A stretch of DNA of 64,000 nucleotides from Waterburya sp. (GCA_965217895.1 CBDCJV010000002.1:992001-1056000), one strand, 5' to 3'. Counted from the first letter of the stretch, positions 1-10,094 are shown. The notes: generated by a model not told the origin, from the sequence alone. A program made the numbers and translations.

Positions 1-888
1 AAAAAACATGGTTTTCCAGCAGAACAAGTATCCGTTGCCACCCAGGATCGAGAACAAGCTGATATCAATGATTTAGATGATCGAAGAACCGAATATGTTT
101 ATGAAGCTCCAGTAGGTGCTGCAACAACTGGTAGTCTAACTGGCGGTACTTTAGGCGGATTAACTGGATTACTCATTGGTTTAGGGACTATTGCTATTCC
201 TGGAATTGGACCAATAATATTAGCAGGAGCAACTGCTACCGCGATCGCCACTGCTATCGCTGGCGGGGCAATTGGTGCAGCTACAGGGACTTTAGTAGGT
301 GGATTAGTTGGCTTGGGCATTCCCCAGTCAAGAGCCAAAACCTATCGTGCCAAGGTAGCCGAGGGCGGTTATCTAATCATCCTCGAAGGTACGCTAGATG
401 AAATTCAATTAGCAGAAGAAATCTTAAGCCAGCACAGTATCAATGAATGGGAAGTTTATGATGCCTTTGAAACAGAGGCAATTAAAAAACCAAACGAAAA
501 TCACTACCTGCACATCATGGGAACTTTTCCCCATCTAAGTGAAGCAAAAACTGCCGTGATTGAACTAATCGATCTAGGTTATCCCTTAAATCAAGTAACT
601 CTATTTATCAATGATGACGATCGCCATGACTGGTTTCCTAATTTAAAAGTTGGTGATAGTCTCGATCGCATCTTTGCTCTATTACCAAAAGATAGAAGAC
701 TATACTTCCAAGATAGTTTCGCTCTCGGTCAATACATCATGATGGTTACAGGGAATGAATCGGAACTACATCGTGCCGAAATTGTTTTAAGACTCAAAGG
801 AATGCAGGGATTATATACTTACGATTCTCACAATCAAAGCATCTATACAGATAATACTGTCTCTACTGCATCCCGCTTATTGGTCTAA
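1..888 (+). CDS. General stress protein (YflT/17M-like, Gly-rich hydrophobic hairpin), 5'-truncated by the window edge
   Basis: Frame 1 is open from base 1 (KKHGFPAEQVSV...GGTLGGLTGLLIGLGTIAIPGIGPIILAG...GLGIPQSRAKTY). The listed ORF 313..888 is only its 3' part. Confidence 0.75.
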   Translation, partial: KKHGFPAEQVSVATQDREQADINDLDDRRTEYVYEAPVGAATTGSLTGGTLGGLTGLLIGLGTIAIPGIGPIILAGATATAIATAIAGGAIGAATGTLVGGLVGLGIPQSRAKTYRAKVAEGGYLIILEGTLDEIQLAEEILSQHSINEWEVYDAFETEAIKKPNENHYLHIMGTFPHLSEAKTAVIELIDLGYPLNQVTLFINDDDRHDWFPNLKVGDSLDRIFALLPKDRRLYFQDSFALGQYIMMVTGNESELHRAEIVLRLKGMQGLYTYDSHNQSIYTDNTVSTASRLLV

Positions 889-972
889 ATTAGCGATTAG
901 GCTTGGCAAGCGCGATCGCCATATTTAATAAGGTAATATTGTTGCCATTTATTTTCTTGAAAATTTCTTACC

Positions 973-1500
973 ATGAAAAAACTAACTACTGTATTATTAA
1001 CTAGCTTTTTGGTATTCGGTACAGCAGCCTGTTCTAATGTTGACAAAACCAGTGCCAATGCACCCAACAAGCAAACAGGAGTGAATACTAATGCTCCTAC
1101 TAAACCTGAAGCACAGAAAGATTAAAGAGACGCTCAACAGCGGAGTGGAATAAGCTGGGGAAACCCCAGCATTTCCTCCGCTCAAAGCCAAATTTGCCGT
1201 AAACAGCTTGACGAAGATATCCAAGCGCGAGAACAACGTAACGACTTTTTCAACAACGGCAGTGCAAAAAATAGAGCCGATGGCGATATCGTTAGTTAGG
1301 TAAGCGACACATTAGAAGCTAATCTTCCTAATAGCGAGCTTAATGTTAACGCTCAAAACGGAATTGTTACCGTTGCAGGAACTGTTCCTACTCAAAAACA
1401 GTTTGCCAGAATTAAATCTTTAGCCCAACAGGTCAAAGGTGTTCGTAGCGTTGATGTAAAAGCAAACATTGCCAGCGCAGGTTCTAATAGTAAAGGTTAA
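973..1500 (+). pseudogene. BON-domain lipoprotein pseudogene
   Basis: ATG at 973 with a lipoprotein signal (MKKLTTVLLTSFLVFGTAAC), then DIQAREQRN and the BON-like ELNVNAQNGIVTVAGTVPT...VKGVRSV. In-frame stops at 1123 (TAA) and 1297 (TAG), and a 48-nt insertion at 1138-1185. Confidence 0.8.
1138..1185 (+). mobile_element. 48-nt hairpin insertion element, copy 1
   Basis: CA-GCGGAG-TGGAATAA-GCTGGGG-AAA-CCCCAGC-ATTTC-CTCCGC-T-CAA inserted at TCAA^AG. Removing it restores DAQ-SQI. Confidence 0.75.
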
Positions 1501-1566
1501 ATCCTGCTTGAAAATTTTCTGATTCCCTCTTCTTACTGTTATAGCAATACGAAGCTGTGTTAGGAC

Positions 1567-1597
1567 ACTCCCTGCGGTGGGTACACCTTGGCTACTT
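1567..1597 (+). repeat. 31-nt dispersed repeat (second copy at 25612-25642)
   Basis: ACTCCCTGCGGTGGGTACACCTTGGCTACTT is 29/31 identical to the 25612 copy. Confidence 0.85.
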
Positions 1598-1620
1598 ACG
1601 AGCAATTAAATTTTCTGTCC

Positions 1621-1658
1621 TGTCTTGGTATGCGTACATGCGGCTAAAGCCTTTGTCT
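1621..1658 (-). repeat. 38-nt dispersed repeat (second copy at 35674-35711, + strand)
   Basis: AGACAAAGGCTTTAGCCGCATGTACGCATACCAAGACA versus AGACAAAGGCGTGAGCCGCATATACGTCCTCCAAGACA, 31/38 identical. Confidence 0.7.
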
Positions 1659-1949
1659 TGCGCCTGTGGTTTCCCAGGCGTTTATGTCGCCCGTCAAACT
1701 GTCGAACCCTTTAGGGGGTCGCACCGCTAACCGATTAATGTACTGCGATATAAAGAAGACGAAGTTTTTATTTTTTATCTGTAGAATTTGTCGCGGTAAA
1801 AACTTGTCGCACAGATTGAAAACCGTATTTTCAATAGTTTTTCAAATAGCGAAAGTTAGTTTATAAATAAATAATCAGTCTAAAGATAGAAGATATTTGA
1901 GAGCAAAAATAATATTTTTAGATATGTAACTAAGATTTGGAGAATATGT

Positions 1950-2129
1950 ATGGGTATTCAAGACAAAGCAGAAGAACTAAAGCTTAAAGCAGAAGCTAGA
2001 AGCGAAGATATTGAAGGTACAATTAGAGAAAAGTTGGGAGATTTTTCTGACGATCAGCAAGCAGTCGAACATGGTCAAGAGAAGCAAGAAAAAGCAGATA
2101 GTTTAAGAGAAGAAGCAGAAGAGAAATAA
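1950..2129 (+). CDS. CsbD-like small stress protein (59 aa, not in the ORF track)
   Basis: MGIQDKAEELKLKAEARSEDIEGTIREKLGDFSDDQQAVEHGQEKQEKADSLREEAEEK with a GGAG RBS upstream. Matches the CsbD pattern EG.++E.+G.+.DD....G..KQ. Confidence 0.7.
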   Translation: MGIQDKAEELKLKAEARSEDIEGTIREKLGDFSDDQQAVEHGQEKQEKADSLREEAEEK

Positions 2130-2240
2130 TTAATCTATGGCTATATGTATGTAGTAGGTATAGCCAGATTGCAAATAAATAATTAATATATAAACATATT
2201 AGTAGGCATAAATTAACTATCGCACCTACTAATTTTTTTG

Positions 2241-2357
2241 TATAGTCATTTTAATTAATTGACCTATGGTGGTTTTGTATTGACAACAAGGTAAAACCCT
2301 ACTTGTTGCTCGTTGCTTTTTTCATAAACTACCTGATTGCTATTTAAAATGACTATA
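2241..2357. mobile_element. MITE-like element (117 bp) with TA-ended terminal inverted repeats
   Basis: Perfect 14-bp TIR: TATAGTCATTTTAA (2241-2254) and TTAAAATGACTATA (2344-2357). No ORF inside. Confidence 0.7.
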
Positions 2358-2493
2358 TATTCAACATTAAAACCTCTAATTTATTACCTTATTTAATTAA
2401 ACTTATTAGGTTCAGAATTAGTTTATAACTACAGATATAAAAAAGGTAGCAAATCCCTCACTCATGACCACTCTAAATTGTGAGTTCGGTTTC

Positions 2494-2528
2494 AAAAAAC
2501 AGCATCCCAGAATTTCTGGGATGCTGTT
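2494..2528 (-). terminator. Intrinsic terminator of the beta-barrel remnant
   Basis: AACAGCATCCCAGAA/TTCTGGGATGCTGTT stem, followed by a U-tract on the minus strand. Confidence 0.7.
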
Positions 2529-2539
2529 CCAGTTTCAAA

Positions 2540-2728
2540 TTATCCGTTAAAATTTGCAGCTACACCGATAACACCGTTAACATTATTATTGCCAAAGGCA
2601 TCGTAGTTAACGTTAGCATTGGCAGTTAGGCTTTTGTTAATTGGGTAATCAGCACCAGCAGTAAACATTTCACCAAGATCGCTGTTATCGCTAGCAGTGA
2701 CTCCTAAACCTCCACCAGCATAGGAAAG
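2540..2728 (-). pseudogene. C-terminal remnant of an outer-membrane beta-barrel protein
   Basis: Minus frame reads YAGGGLGVTASDNSDLGEMFTAGADYPINKSLTANANVNYDAFGNNNVNGVIGVAANFNG*. It is preceded by a stop and has no start codon or signal peptide. Confidence 0.6.
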
Positions 2729-3004
2729 CTAATTTAAAAGTTCTAAATGACATGAATAATACGCTCCTATAAAAAAATAGGTAATAATCCACTTATTGGA
2801 AATTGGAGGCTTTAAATGCTGTTAAAATAAGTATTTGCAACTTGAATTTAGTTTTTTCCTTATTTAACTTCCAACAATAAATAGTGTAGGCAAGGCTTAT
2901 GTCGAACTAGTGTCAATCAGATTTTGATTTGATGACAGAGTACAAACTAACTAAAATGAAATAAACAACAACAGTTATTAATTAATAAGCTGGAGCAATA
3001 AGGA

Positions 3005-3898
3005 GTGACGTTAAAACCAGACTGGTTAAGAGTTAAAGCCCCACAGTTGGAACGAGTAGGCAATGTTAAAGAGATTTTGCGCGATCTGTCGCTAAATACT
3101 GTCTGTGAAGAGGCATCTTGTCCCAATATTGGGGAATGCTTTAGCGTTGGTACAGCTACCTTCCTAATTATGGGCTCTGCCTGTACCCGTGCCTGCCCTT
3201 ATTGTGATATTGATTTTGAGAAAAAACCTCAGGCTTTAGATTCCAATGAACCGTCGCAGTTAGCAGAAGCAGTACGCCGTCTTAAGCTCAATCATGTAGT
3301 GATTACTTCCGTAAACCGCGATGATTTGCCTGATGAAGGTGCTTCTCAGTTTGTCCGCTGTATTGAAGAGGTACGTAATGTTTCCCCTCAAACAACTATT
3401 GAGCTACTTATACCCGATTTATGTGGCAACTGGGAGGCTTTAGAAACTATCCTAGTTGCGCAACCCGATGTCTTAAATCACAACACCGAAACTATTCCCC
3501 GACTATATAAAAGAGTACGTCCTCAAGGAGAATATTTGCGATCGCTCGAACTTTTGACTCAAACTCGTAAAATTGCCCCCTGGGTATACACCAAGTCTGG
3601 CATCATGGTTGGCTTGGGGGAAACTGACGCAGAAGTTAGAGAGGTAATTCAGAGCTTACGAGATGTGGACTGCGATATTTTAACTATTGGGCAGTATCTT
3701 CAGCCCTCCCAAAAGCATTTGGGAGTTAAAGATTTTGTTGACCCTGAACAGTTTAAAGCTTGGCAAGAATTTGGAGAATCGATTGGTTTTTTGCAGGTTG
3801 TTTCTAGCCCTCTAACTCGTAGTTCTTATCATGCAGAACAGGTTAGAGCTTTGATGCAGCTTTATCCTCGACAGAAGCCTACTATATCTCCCGTGTAA
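3005..3898 (+). CDS. lipA: Lipoyl synthase (radical SAM)
   Basis: [20 protein letters not shown] and RSSYHA motifs. Confidence 0.97.
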   Translation: MTLKPDWLRVKAPQLERVGNVKEILRDLSLNTVCEEASCPNIGECFSVGTATFLIMGSACTRACPYCDIDFEKKPQALDSNEPSQLAEAVRRLKLNHVVITSVNRDDLPDEGASQFVRCIEEVRNVSPQTTIELLIPDLCGNWEALETILVAQPDVLNHNTETIPRLYKRVRPQGEYLRSLELLTQTRKIAPWVYTKSGIMVGLGETDAEVREVIQSLRDVDCDILTIGQYLQPSQKHLGVKDFVDPEQFKAWQEFGESIGFLQVVSSPLTRSSYHAEQVRALMQLYPRQKPTISPV

Positions 3899-4339
3899 TT
3901 ACTTACTCAATCATAACTTTACTCCACTTAGATAACCGTTAATCAAAGGCGGTTCTTTTTTTTGCGTATTTTTAGCTAATTTTGCTCAAAAAATACTGTA
4001 TTCCATAAATAACAAGGCTCATAAGTTTAATTGAGCAGCCGTGATTAAGATATAATTTGACTTTTTTTGTAAAGAAATATAAACCTTGTTTTCTTTAGGG
4101 AACTTTTAATGACGCAAATCCTTCCACTCATCAGAAAGCAATATTTGTTGGCTTTTCCTGAATCACTGTAATTCTAATAACCATCAGCCAACCGCGTTAT
4201 TACTGAGAATAGACCCGAAAACCAATAAATAACGAAAAGAATTTCAATTATGTTGCTTTTTGTTATGAATTGGGCAATCTATTCACAGAGGAGGAGTCAC
4301 ATCCAAAACCTTCACTGGAGTCGTCATTAAGAAATCGCC

Positions 4340-5593
4340 ATGCTTGCTAGTTCTTCACACCTTGAAACCGAAGGAGATAATCCTTCAACTAATTCTGACA
4401 TCGATCTAGATTTGGAACTCAAAGATAGTTCTAATAAGTTGCCCAATGAACTTGTAGAACTTGATTTGGAGAGTTCAGATCCAGAACATATTGCTCGAAG
4501 AGGTAGTCGTACTACTACTGATTTAGTCCGACTATATTTACAAGAAATCGGTAGAGTTCCTCTATTAGAAAGAGATGAAGAGGTTTCAGAGGCGCAAAAA
4601 GTTCAGCGTCATATTAATGTCTTAGAGCAACGCGCTCAAGCTGCTGAGGCAGGGGATACGACTCTGCAAGAATTTGTTCAACTGGTTGATGTATACGATC
4701 GCCTTGTAACTCAACTTAGTCATCGCCCCTCCCTGAAACGATGGTCTATAGCTTTGGGTATGGAAATCTCTTTATTAAAAGAAAAAATAGCCGTAGGCAA
4801 ACAAGCCTGGGCAGAAGTTGTGGGCTGCGATACTAAAGAGCTAGATAAAATTCAAAAAAATGGCATCCGCGCCAAGGAACACATGATCAAGGCAAATTTA
4901 CGTCTTGTGGTTTCTGTTGCCAAAAAATATCAAAATCGCGGTTTAGAACTGCTTGATTTAATCCAAGAAGGAACTTTGGGTTTAGAAAGAGCCGTAGAAA
5001 AGTTTGACCCCACCAAAGGCTATCGCTTTAGTACCTACGCTTACTGGTGGATTCGTCAGGGGATCACCAGAGCGATCGCCACTCAAAGCCGAACGATCCG
5101 CCTTCCCGTTCATATTACTGAAAAACTGAATAAAATTAAAAAAGCCCAGCGCAAAATTTCTCAAGAAATGGGACGCACGCCCAAAATTGAGGATATTGCC
5201 CAAGAGCTAGACATGACAGCAGCGCAAATTCGCGAAGTTTTATTGCGCGTACCTCGTTCTGTATCTTTGGAAATCAAGGTAGGAAAAGAAAAAGATACAG
5301 AATTAGGCGATTTGTTAGAAACCGAAAGTGCTTCTCCTGAAGAAACTTTAATGCGGGAGTCTCTACAAAAAGACCTCCACTATCTTCTTTCTGAATTAAC
5401 TACTCGCGAAAGAGAAGTTATTCAGATGCGCTTTGGTTTTGGCGGAGAGAAACCTTTTTCTCTAGCGGAAATTGGTCGTTGTTTGGAGTTATCTCGCGAA
5501 CGAGTACGCCAAATAGAAGCTAAAGCCTTGCAGAAGCTGCGTCAACCCCGAAGAAGAAATTTAATCAGAGATTATTTAGAGTCTCTAAGTTAA
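4340..5593 (+). CDS. sigC: Group 2 RNA polymerase sigma factor SigC
   Basis: DLVRLYLQEIGRVPLLERDEEVSEAQKVQ, NLRLVVSVAKKY, YAYWWIRQGITRA and a region 4 HTH. Confidence 0.9.
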   Translation: MLASSSHLETEGDNPSTNSDIDLDLELKDSSNKLPNELVELDLESSDPEHIARRGSRTTTDLVRLYLQEIGRVPLLERDEEVSEAQKVQRHINVLEQRAQAAEAGDTTLQEFVQLVDVYDRLVTQLSHRPSLKRWSIALGMEISLLKEKIAVGKQAWAEVVGCDTKELDKIQKNGIRAKEHMIKANLRLVVSVAKKYQNRGLELLDLIQEGTLGLERAVEKFDPTKGYRFSTYAYWWIRQGITRAIATQSRTIRLPVHITEKLNKIKKAQRKISQEMGRTPKIEDIAQELDMTAAQIREVLLRVPRSVSLEIKVGKEKDTELGDLLETESASPEETLMRESLQKDLHYLLSELTTREREVIQMRFGFGGEKPFSLAEIGRCLELSRERVRQIEAKALQKLRQPRRRNLIRDYLESLS

Positions 5594-5683
5594 TCTCTAA
5601 GTTAAATAATCTTGATTAAAAGCTTTTAAAAAAGAAAGATTAAGTTCTTTCTTTTTTTTTGAGAGTAATCTGTGACTTAATCT

Positions 5684-6613
5684 TTATTCCTGCAATATTT
5701 GTTGATTAAGTAATTGCTGAAAATTATCTTTGCTTGGCAGAGAAGATTGCGCACCGTTTCTAGTGACGGCTAAAGCACCTCCTACTGTTCCCCACTGGAC
5801 GGCTTCTTTCAAAGACTTGCCTGAAGCTAAGGCAACGGCTAGTGCGCCATTAAAAGCGTCTCCTGCTGCCACTGTATCCACTACAGATACGGGGATAGAC
5901 TTAATCCAAAAATTCTCTGACTCGTTGCTGTATAAACAGCCTTGGCTGCCTAAAGTTATAATGACGTTCTTGACTCCCATTTGATGCAGAAAAGATGCTG
6001 CTTGTCTGGCGGTAGTCACTCCATCTACAGTAAAACCAACCAACTGACTCGCTTCTACTTCATTAGGAGTAATGATATCGATCAGGCTATATAGTTCTTC
6101 TGGTAATTCAGACGTTATGGGAGCAGGATCGAGAATTAGGCAGCAATCGTTAGCTTTTGCCTCCCTAGCTGCTACTAAAATCGTAGCAATGGGAATTCCT
6201 AGTTCTAAAAGCACTATTTTTGCTTGGGAAAGTAAGAGTTTGAACTGCCTTAACTCTTTTTCTCTAACTAGGTTATTTGCTCCCCCTGCACAAGCAATGG
6301 TGTTAGCTCCTGTAGAATCGACTATGATTGAGGCAATTCCCGAATAGGTATGGGGATTGATCGTAATACCGCTAGTGTTTACTCCTTCGGCTTGCAAACC
6401 TGAAATGAGAGTTTGACCAAAGCTATCTTCACCAACTTGACCAATAAGGCTAACTGGTATGCCTAATTTAGCTATAGCCACTGCCTGATTAGCTCCTTTA
6501 CCTCCCGCAACGGCAAAAAAGCGATCGCCTATGACTGTCTCTCCCTTCACGGGTAGACGAGGAACTTCTATAACTAAGTCTAAATTGATACTGCCTAAGA
6601 CAACTACGGTCAT
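5684..6613 (-). CDS. rbsK: Ribokinase (PfkB family)
   Basis: GSINLDLV, GGKGANQA, PNEVEA and DTVAAGDAF motifs. Confidence 0.9.
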   Translation of the reverse strand: MTVVVLGSINLDLVIEVPRLPVKGETVIGDRFFAVAGGKGANQAVAIAKLGIPVSLIGQVGEDSFGQTLISGLQAEGVNTSGITINPHTYSGIASIIVDSTGANTIACAGGANNLVREKELRQFKLLLSQAKIVLLELGIPIATILVAAREAKANDCCLILDPAPITSELPEELYSLIDIITPNEVEASQLVGFTVDGVTTARQAASFLHQMGVKNVIITLGSQGCLYSNESENFWIKSIPVSVVDTVAAGDAFNGALAVALASGKSLKEAVQWGTVGGALAVTRNGAQSSLPSKDNFQQLLNQQILQE

Positions 6614-6746
6614 TCTGTTTAATTTTTTGATTCTCTCACTGATTACTGATTATAGAGCCTCCCTAGCTTACTCATATATTAAATGCTGGTAAATCTACCT
6701 TTACGAACTCCTGTTTTTAAGACAAATATAACCAATTTGAGGCAAC

Positions 6747-6780
6747 AGCACTTAATCCCAACCATTTGGAATTAAGTGCT
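6747..6780 (-). terminator. Hairpin downstream of the HtrA gene
   Basis: AGCACTTAAT...ATTAAGTGCT inverted repeat. Confidence 0.55.
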
Positions 6781-6810
6781 ATTTAGTTTCGCGTCTTAAT
6801 CTCACTATTT

Positions 6811-8103
6811 TTATGGCGTTTGATCTTCTGTATCAGCTTGAGCGGTTGGATATGCCCCTGCTTTAACTGCTACATTCATCTGTTGCCCGTTACGTTTTAA
6901 ATCGAGCTGTAGGTTTTTACCCACTTGGCTGCTTTCCACTGATTGTTGCAAAGCGTCAGCATCCTTAACTGCTTGTCCGTTAACTTGTTGGATGACATCT
7001 CCAGCCCTCAAGCCAGCTTTAGCCGCAGGAGAGTCTGGTACTACTTTCATGACCAAAACGCCGCTATCGTCATAAACACTTAAACCACTATTGGGATTAG
7101 AGTTTATTTCTTGTTTAACTTCTGGGGTTAGAGTGACCATTTGGATACCTAAGAAAGGATGTTCTACTTTTCCAGAAGCAATTAACTGGTCGGAAATTTT
7201 TTGAGCAGTATCGATGGGAATAGCAAAACCAAGTCCCTGAGCTCCTTGAATAATAGCGGTATTAATGCCTACCACTTCGCCATTTTGATTTAGCAAAGGA
7301 CCGCCAGAATTGCCAGGATTGATCGCAGCATCGGTTTGAATAAAATTGACCCGTTTATCGGGAATACCTACTTGTCCTGAAGAGCGACCTGTCGCACTGA
7401 TGATGCCTTCAGTGACGGTATTATCTAATCCTAAAGGATTACCAATGGCGATCGCCGTTTCTCCTGGCTGTAGAGTCTTACTGTTACCAATTTTTACTAC
7501 AGGTAGATTTTGGGCATCAACTTTTACTACTGCTACATCGGTAACGGGATCTCTGCCCATTACCTTCCCTGGAAAAGTACGACCATCTTTTAAAGTGACG
7601 GTGACTTTTTCTGACCCATCGACAACATGAGCATTAGTCAAAATCGTGCCGTCTTTATTAATAATAAAACCAGATCCTAATCCCCTCTGAACTTCTTTAT
7701 CGGGCATTTGGGGCATTTGCGAACCAAAAAAGTTACGGAAGAAAGGGTCGTTAAACATTTGGGCATTAGGATTCTTGACCGTACGAGAAGAATCAATTCG
7801 CACTACAGCCGGTCCTACTTGTTGGGCGATCCTCGCAATCGGATTGTATACTGAACCATTAACTGCTGGCGAGGGAGTAGTAATCTGATTATTAGCTTGG
7901 GTAGATGGATTAGATTCAGCCGCTGCGGTCGTCCCTGAAACCACACTATTGTGGGCAAATAAATAGTCTCCTCCCACACCAAGTCCTGCACCCAACAAAA
8001 CCAAAGCAAAGGCAGCGACAGATTTTTGGGGTACACGGCGATGATGAGATGAAGAACCAATGACTACATTATTATTAGAATCATATTTAGGATAGGTTGG
8101 CAT
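6811..8103 (-). CDS. HhoA/HhoB/HtrA-family serine protease with PDZ domain
   Basis: GSGFII, TNAHVV, IQTDAAINPGNSGGPL and a C-terminal PDZ domain. Confidence 0.95.
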   Translation of the reverse strand: MPTYPKYDSNNNVVIGSSSHHRRVPQKSVAAFALVLLGAGLGVGGDYLFAHNSVVSGTTAAAESNPSTQANNQITTPSPAVNGSVYNPIARIAQQVGPAVVRIDSSRTVKNPNAQMFNDPFFRNFFGSQMPQMPDKEVQRGLGSGFIINKDGTILTNAHVVDGSEKVTVTLKDGRTFPGKVMGRDPVTDVAVVKVDAQNLPVVKIGNSKTLQPGETAIAIGNPLGLDNTVTEGIISATGRSSGQVGIPDKRVNFIQTDAAINPGNSGGPLLNQNGEVVGINTAIIQGAQGLGFAIPIDTAQKISDQLIASGKVEHPFLGIQMVTLTPEVKQEINSNPNSGLSVYDDSGVLVMKVVPDSPAAKAGLRAGDVIQQVNGQAVKDADALQQSVESSQVGKNLQLDLKRNGQQMNVAVKAGAYPTAQADTEDQTP

Positions 8104-8153
8104 AGTTTTAAGCTTGAATTTATTTGTATATTAATATTTTTAAAATTTCCGTT

Positions 8154-8169
8154 TGTCTTTTGTGTGTCA
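8154..8169 (-). promoter_or_regulatory. TGACA-N6-AGACA tandem box upstream of the HtrA gene
   Basis: Same 11-bp period as the boxes at 8240 and 8728. Confidence 0.4.
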
Positions 8170-8239
8170 AAAAGATAGCAGTTTGACGACGCTCAGATAA
8201 TACTTTTGTTGATTGATGTTCAAAATACCTTCACGACAA

Positions 8240-8272
8240 TGACAAGGCTTTGACACACCCTGGTCATAAACT
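8240..8272 (+). promoter_or_regulatory. TGACA-N6-TGACA box plus TAAACT (-10-like)
   Basis: TGACA at 8240 and 8251; TAAACT at 8267-8272. Confidence 0.5.
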
Positions 8273-8349
8273 TTTTCTAGATTGAAACTGTGGCGATTCG
8301 CGTTATAGATAAATTTAATTACCCTTAAAGCAGTTGAACAATAGTCAAA

Positions 8350-8574
8350 ATGAATACTTCAACTTATCAACACACACCTATTGCTGTTAATCATCAAATT
8401 CCTCAACCTGCTGCAAATGAACGTGGAAAAGAAAAGTTTGACCGTCAGAATTTAGAATTAGCCACAAAAAATGTGCAGTTAAGCGATCGCGAAATAATTA
8501 TAGCTACTGAGCCAGAAATTGTAGTAATTATAGGTTATGCAGAATTTGGCGCTCGCACCAAAACTAATAGCTAA
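8350..8574 (+). CDS. Small hypothetical protein
   Basis: 74-aa ATG ORF downstream of a putative promoter box. Confidence 0.45.
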   Translation: MNTSTYQHTPIAVNHQIPQPAANERGKEKFDRQNLELATKNVQLSDREIIIATEPEIVVIIGYAEFGARTKTNS

Positions 8575-8727
8575 AACCCAAATTATAGGCAATTCTAGTT
8601 GAATAAATATTATCGCTCTACATTTGGCGATTGCCAAAAGTGGATCTTTAAATAGCCTAATCGTAATTAGAACAGCTATAGAAATATTGTTGATTATTCT
8701 TACCTTGCCACGAAATTATTATCAAAT

Positions 8728-8759
8728 TGACATTACAGTGACAATGTTATGCCTAAACT
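8728..8759 (+). promoter_or_regulatory. TGACA-N6-TGACA box plus TAAACT upstream of lepB
   Basis: TGACA at 8728 and 8739; TAAACT at 8754-8759. Confidence 0.5.
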
Positions 8760-8786
8760 AAAAAATAGAATTGTATAGTTTCTTAT

Positions 8787-9383
8787 ATGTCCACAACTAA
8801 AAAACAGCCATCTCGCCAAGCACAACCAGAAAACTTTTGGCTTGAAAGTATTAAAACTCTTGGTCTTAGCCTATTTCTGGCATTTGGGATTCGGACTTTT
8901 ATAGCCGAAGCTCGTTATATTCCTTCAGGCTCGATGTTACCGACATTGCAAATAAATGACCGCCTGATCATTGATAAGATCAGCTATGACTTTAGCAATC
9001 CTAAAAGAGGAGATATTGTAGTTTTTAATCCCACCAAAACTTTAGAACAAGAAAATTTTCATGAGGCTTTTATAAAAAGAGTCATCGGTTTACCTGGAGA
9101 CAAAGTTGAGGTCAAAAACGGCAAGGTGTATGTCAATAATCTTCCTATCAAAGAAAATTACCTTGAAGCACGACCTGATTATCAATGGGGACCAGTAGTC
9201 GTTCCTGCTAACTCCTATTTGGTTCTGGGGGATAATCGCAACGATAGCTATGACAGTCATTACTGGGGTTTTGTCCCCCGTCAAAACATTATCGGTAAGG
9301 CGATGTTTCGTTTTTGGCCTTTTAATCGTATTGGCGATATTGAGCGTCCTGTTTATGTTTTGAAAAACACAGATAACAAATAA
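8787..9383 (+). CDS. lepB: Signal peptidase I
   Basis: [21 protein letters not shown] and [15 protein letters not shown] motifs. Confidence 0.95.
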   Translation: MSTTKKQPSRQAQPENFWLESIKTLGLSLFLAFGIRTFIAEARYIPSGSMLPTLQINDRLIIDKISYDFSNPKRGDIVVFNPTKTLEQENFHEAFIKRVIGLPGDKVEVKNGKVYVNNLPIKENYLEARPDYQWGPVVVPANSYLVLGDNRNDSYDSHYWGFVPRQNIIGKAMFRFWPFNRIGDIERPVYVLKNTDNK

Positions 9384-9399
9384 CAAATAGTTTTATCAA

Positions 9400-9575
9400 A
9401 AAGCTTTTGGCTTTTAGCTCGCTTGCCTTTTAGTTGGCAAATGGCGAGTAGCTTCGCTCCTTCTTGTGGGTTCAAGACCCTCACCAAACTATGTTCGGTC
9501 GTCTACAATCAGACAAGGTGTTAAACCTCGCCTGATTGCAGCTTACAGCTACGGCAAAGCCCCTTTATCGTTAAT
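9400..9575. repeat. Cluster of short palindromic (REP/SDR-like) units
   Basis: CTCGCTTGCC/GGCAAATGGCGAG, GTGGGTTCAAGACCCTCAC and CAATCAGACAAGGT-GTTAA-ACCTCGCCTGATTG hairpins. Confidence 0.55.
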
Positions 9576-10094
9576 TATTTCAGCCGAGAGTACAGCTCAA
9601 ATACTGGTTTTAGTTAGTTTGTACTTTGTCATCAAATCAAAATCTGATTGACAGACCGTAAATTGACACTGATTTTGGTCTTTGAGCTTCAAAAAGCACA
9701 TTATTGTTTACTGTTTCTAAAGCTTTAGTTAAATTATTCTCTGCGATCGCTATAAAAAACTGTTCGACAGGATTATACATAACTAAATTTATATTTTATA
9801 GCCAAATTAGCAGGTCATGTAATGTCAGGAAAAACTAGTCTAAGTAAGAGCGATCGCATCCCTTCTTTTGACTCAGCCTCAATTTACCTCTAACCAAATA
9901 TTTACAAGTGAGGTTTCTGCTTCAAACTTTGTGTAGGAGTACAGAGAATTTAGCTAGGTATTAATTCTGTTTAAGCACTTACCGATCTGAGATTAAATAA
10001 AATTTGAATATTGAAGCCTCAATGTCAAAACTAAGTTGGCTGAATTTTGTACGTTTTTACTTGGTCATTTGCTTTCGCACTCAAGTAAGCTGCC

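Noticed and set aside
99..338. This and the many other short ORFs antisense to or nested in long genes (e.g. 5730, 7346, 18064, 31308, 37531, 47024, 60537)
   Set aside because: They overlap well-supported genes and show no independent motifs.
1666..1866. Short ORFs over repeat patches (1666-1866, 9466-9651)
   Set aside because: They have GTG starts inside palindromic repeat clusters and no protein-like features.
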